From positions 29,822,001-29,886,000 of the forward strand of contig OZ024755.1 in assembly GCA_964016885.1 (NCBI GenBank): DNA of 64,000 nucleotides, in the 5' to 3' direction. Source of the stretch: Eledone cirrhosa (taxonomy: Eukaryota). Of the stretch, positions 61,992 through 64,000 are shown in pieces (within the stretch, counting starts at the first letter, position 1; the number at the start of each line of letters is the position of its first letter). The translations under genes and the position numbers were made by a program. A model generated the notes under the pieces. That model was not told the DNA's origin. It made no database searches and saw nothing but the letters and a program-made list of their open reading frames with translations.

Positions 61992-62218
61992 TAGTTATGT
62001 AATAAACAACATAAGGCAATTATTCCATTTACCAGTGGTTTCTTAAAAGCAAAAGATTTTGCTTTCAATCCTCCTTGAAAGCAAAATCTTTTGCTTTTAA
62101 GAAACCACTGGTAAATGGAATAATTGCCTTATGTTGTTTATTACATAACTATTAAGCTCTGTTACCTACATAGAGCACTCTTTTTTCCTGTACTTTTCCG
62201 ACGGAATTACTTCATTCA
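61992..62218 (+). mobile_element. Fold-back element family P6 (perfect 77-bp arms, 6-nt loop, unpaired tail)
   Basis: 61992-62068 is the exact reverse complement of 62075-62151. It contains hairpin-GAAAC-CACTG-GTA. Confidence 0.88.
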
Positions 62219-62227
62219 TACATATTT

Positions 62228-62283
<56 letters not shown>

Positions 62284-62694
62284 AATTGAGAGAAATACTG
62301 GTATCCACCTTTTTATGTTGGAGTTAATAGCTTGTTTTATTTTTATGGTTCAATGCACGCGCGCGCGTGCATGTGCGGGTGCGTGTGCTTGTATGCGTGT
62401 GCGTGTGTGTTTGAAGGCATGTAGCTCATTGGTTACAGCGTTGGTCACAAAATAGTGATGCTGTGTTAAGTCCCTGAATTTGATGCCCCATTATGGTCGC
62501 AATCAAATGACTTACACAATTAAAACAATAACAACCTAGTGCAATTTAATAATTACGACTCTCTCGGTGTGCATTTGTTTCTGTCTAAATACATGATTAC
62601 ACGATGTAGTCTCAAGACGAATTTTTAGTACATGGGAAGGAACTCTTCAACTCATAAATAAGTTATCTTACTTAGATTCCATGTTAGTATTAAA

Positions 62695-62797
62695 TTGCCG
62701 AGGTTAACTTTGCCTTTCATCCTTACGGGGTCGATAAAATAAAGTACCAGTAATGCACTGGGTAATTGCTGGCCTTGTGCCTAAAGTAGAAACAATT
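62695..62797 (+). mobile_element. 5'-truncated SINE family A
   Basis: Consensus 3' half. Confidence 0.9.
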
Positions 62798-63279
62798 AAA
62801 TTTCTAGATGTGATATAATCCTAGCCACTGAAAAAAGTAATATTCGATTAAACCTATGATATAAATAATTCTGGCCATTACGATCCTGTATGTTAGTGTG
62901 GGCGGCGAATTTCAGAATCGTTAGAAGGTCGGATAGAATGCTTTATGGTATTCGTTCTGGTTCTCTGCCCTCTGAGTTCAAATCCTGCCTTTCATCCTTT
63001 CGAAGACGATAAAAAAAAAAGTACCAGTCTAGTACTGGGGTCGATGTTTCCTCACTCTGGAAAAAATCTGCTGTACTCGGGCCTCAAGAGGGATGGGCTC
63101 CGTCGGGCTTTAAAAAAATGGCCAAGAAACGCCGTATGACAATACAGCGCCCCTACGACTCAATCAGGAGTTACGGGACTATACTATACCATACCATGTT
63201 TAAGTGTATGTCATACTATTTTATCAATGTCTATTTGTTACTTGGTCAGCGAAATAAGAGCGGTGCTCATCACCTTATA

Positions 63280-63945
63280 TTTATTTTTTCGGGATAGATT
63301 TGAGTAAACTGAAGCCAACGAAAATGTTAGTGTATCACCTATTATTATATTTACTTGTCCTAATATTTCGGGTAAAAAAACCCTTCGTCAGAACACTATA
63401 ATGAGACACTGGCTCGGTGACACATCAACATCTTCGTTCTCTTCAATTTATTCCAAAATCTAACGTCCACTTTGCCATTGTAGGAAACATCTCTGGTGCT
63501 TTTACAACTAAGTTAATTCAACTAAAGGTTCTCTACGACCAGTTAGTGGCAACAGTAGAATGTTAGGAGGAATTGGATACTATTTTTAGCAAGTCAAGCA
63601 GCTACGTTGACGGAGCAGTTGATTCAGATTTAGCGTGATTACTTTAAAGTTATGGAGCTGAATACTAATCTACTCGAAGTTTAGTTATTGTGATTTCTTA
63701 AAACCATATCCGAACAAGGGCTACACTGCTTCATCTACGGCGAAGCAACACATCTGGGACCATTCTGCCCTCAGCTCAAAAATCCAGGAAGCCACAAGCC
63801 TCCATTACTGTAAACGCCAGTGACGAGACGGAATATTCCACCAATACCAACAGCACCACCTACAGCAGCACCGCCAATAGAACCACCAACAAAAACAACA
63901 AAACTAACCCAGGGGGAAAATGAAGAAAGCTCTCCAACTCCCCCT
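63280..63945 (+). mobile_element. Decayed L1/Tx1-like ORF1 remnant
   Basis: Zinc-knuckle relic CFIYGEATHLGPFC at 63727-63768, then a P/T/K-rich low-complexity stretch. Confidence 0.5.
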
Positions 63946-64000
63946 CTCAAAATATATACACACACACATAAACGCAGACACAATCACCCAAACATCAGAA

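Overview
AT-rich, repeat-saturated eukaryotic DNA with no convincing host protein-coding gene. Nearly all ORF-track entries are read-throughs of (TA)n, (TATG)n, (CA)n and similar microsatellites. The repeat make-up suggests a cephalopod (octopus-like) genome, which is an inference. The window holds: (1) about 35 copies or fragments of one tRNA-derived SINE, often in tandem at ATT/AAT sites, plus a second older SINE; (2) decayed non-LTR retrotransposons (L1/Tx1-like, RTE-like, R4/Dong-like, CRE-like, and a Penelope/Neptune-like fragment); (3) hAT-type MITEs with target-site duplications and non-autonomous Helitrons; (4) many micro- and minisatellites. The most interesting signal is a set of at least eight distinct short elements, mostly embedded in (TA)n. 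Each carries a whole or partial type-I hammerhead-ribozyme motif (CUGANGA...GAAA...UH with pairable stems, one with a U3-A8 core variant). Most are folded back into inverted repeats whose axis lies in or next to the motif. One is physically linked to Penelope-like coding remnants, which points to a diverse family of (TA)n-targeting, Penelope-derived ribozyme mini-elements. All calls were made by eye, and repeat boundaries are approximate to a few bp.
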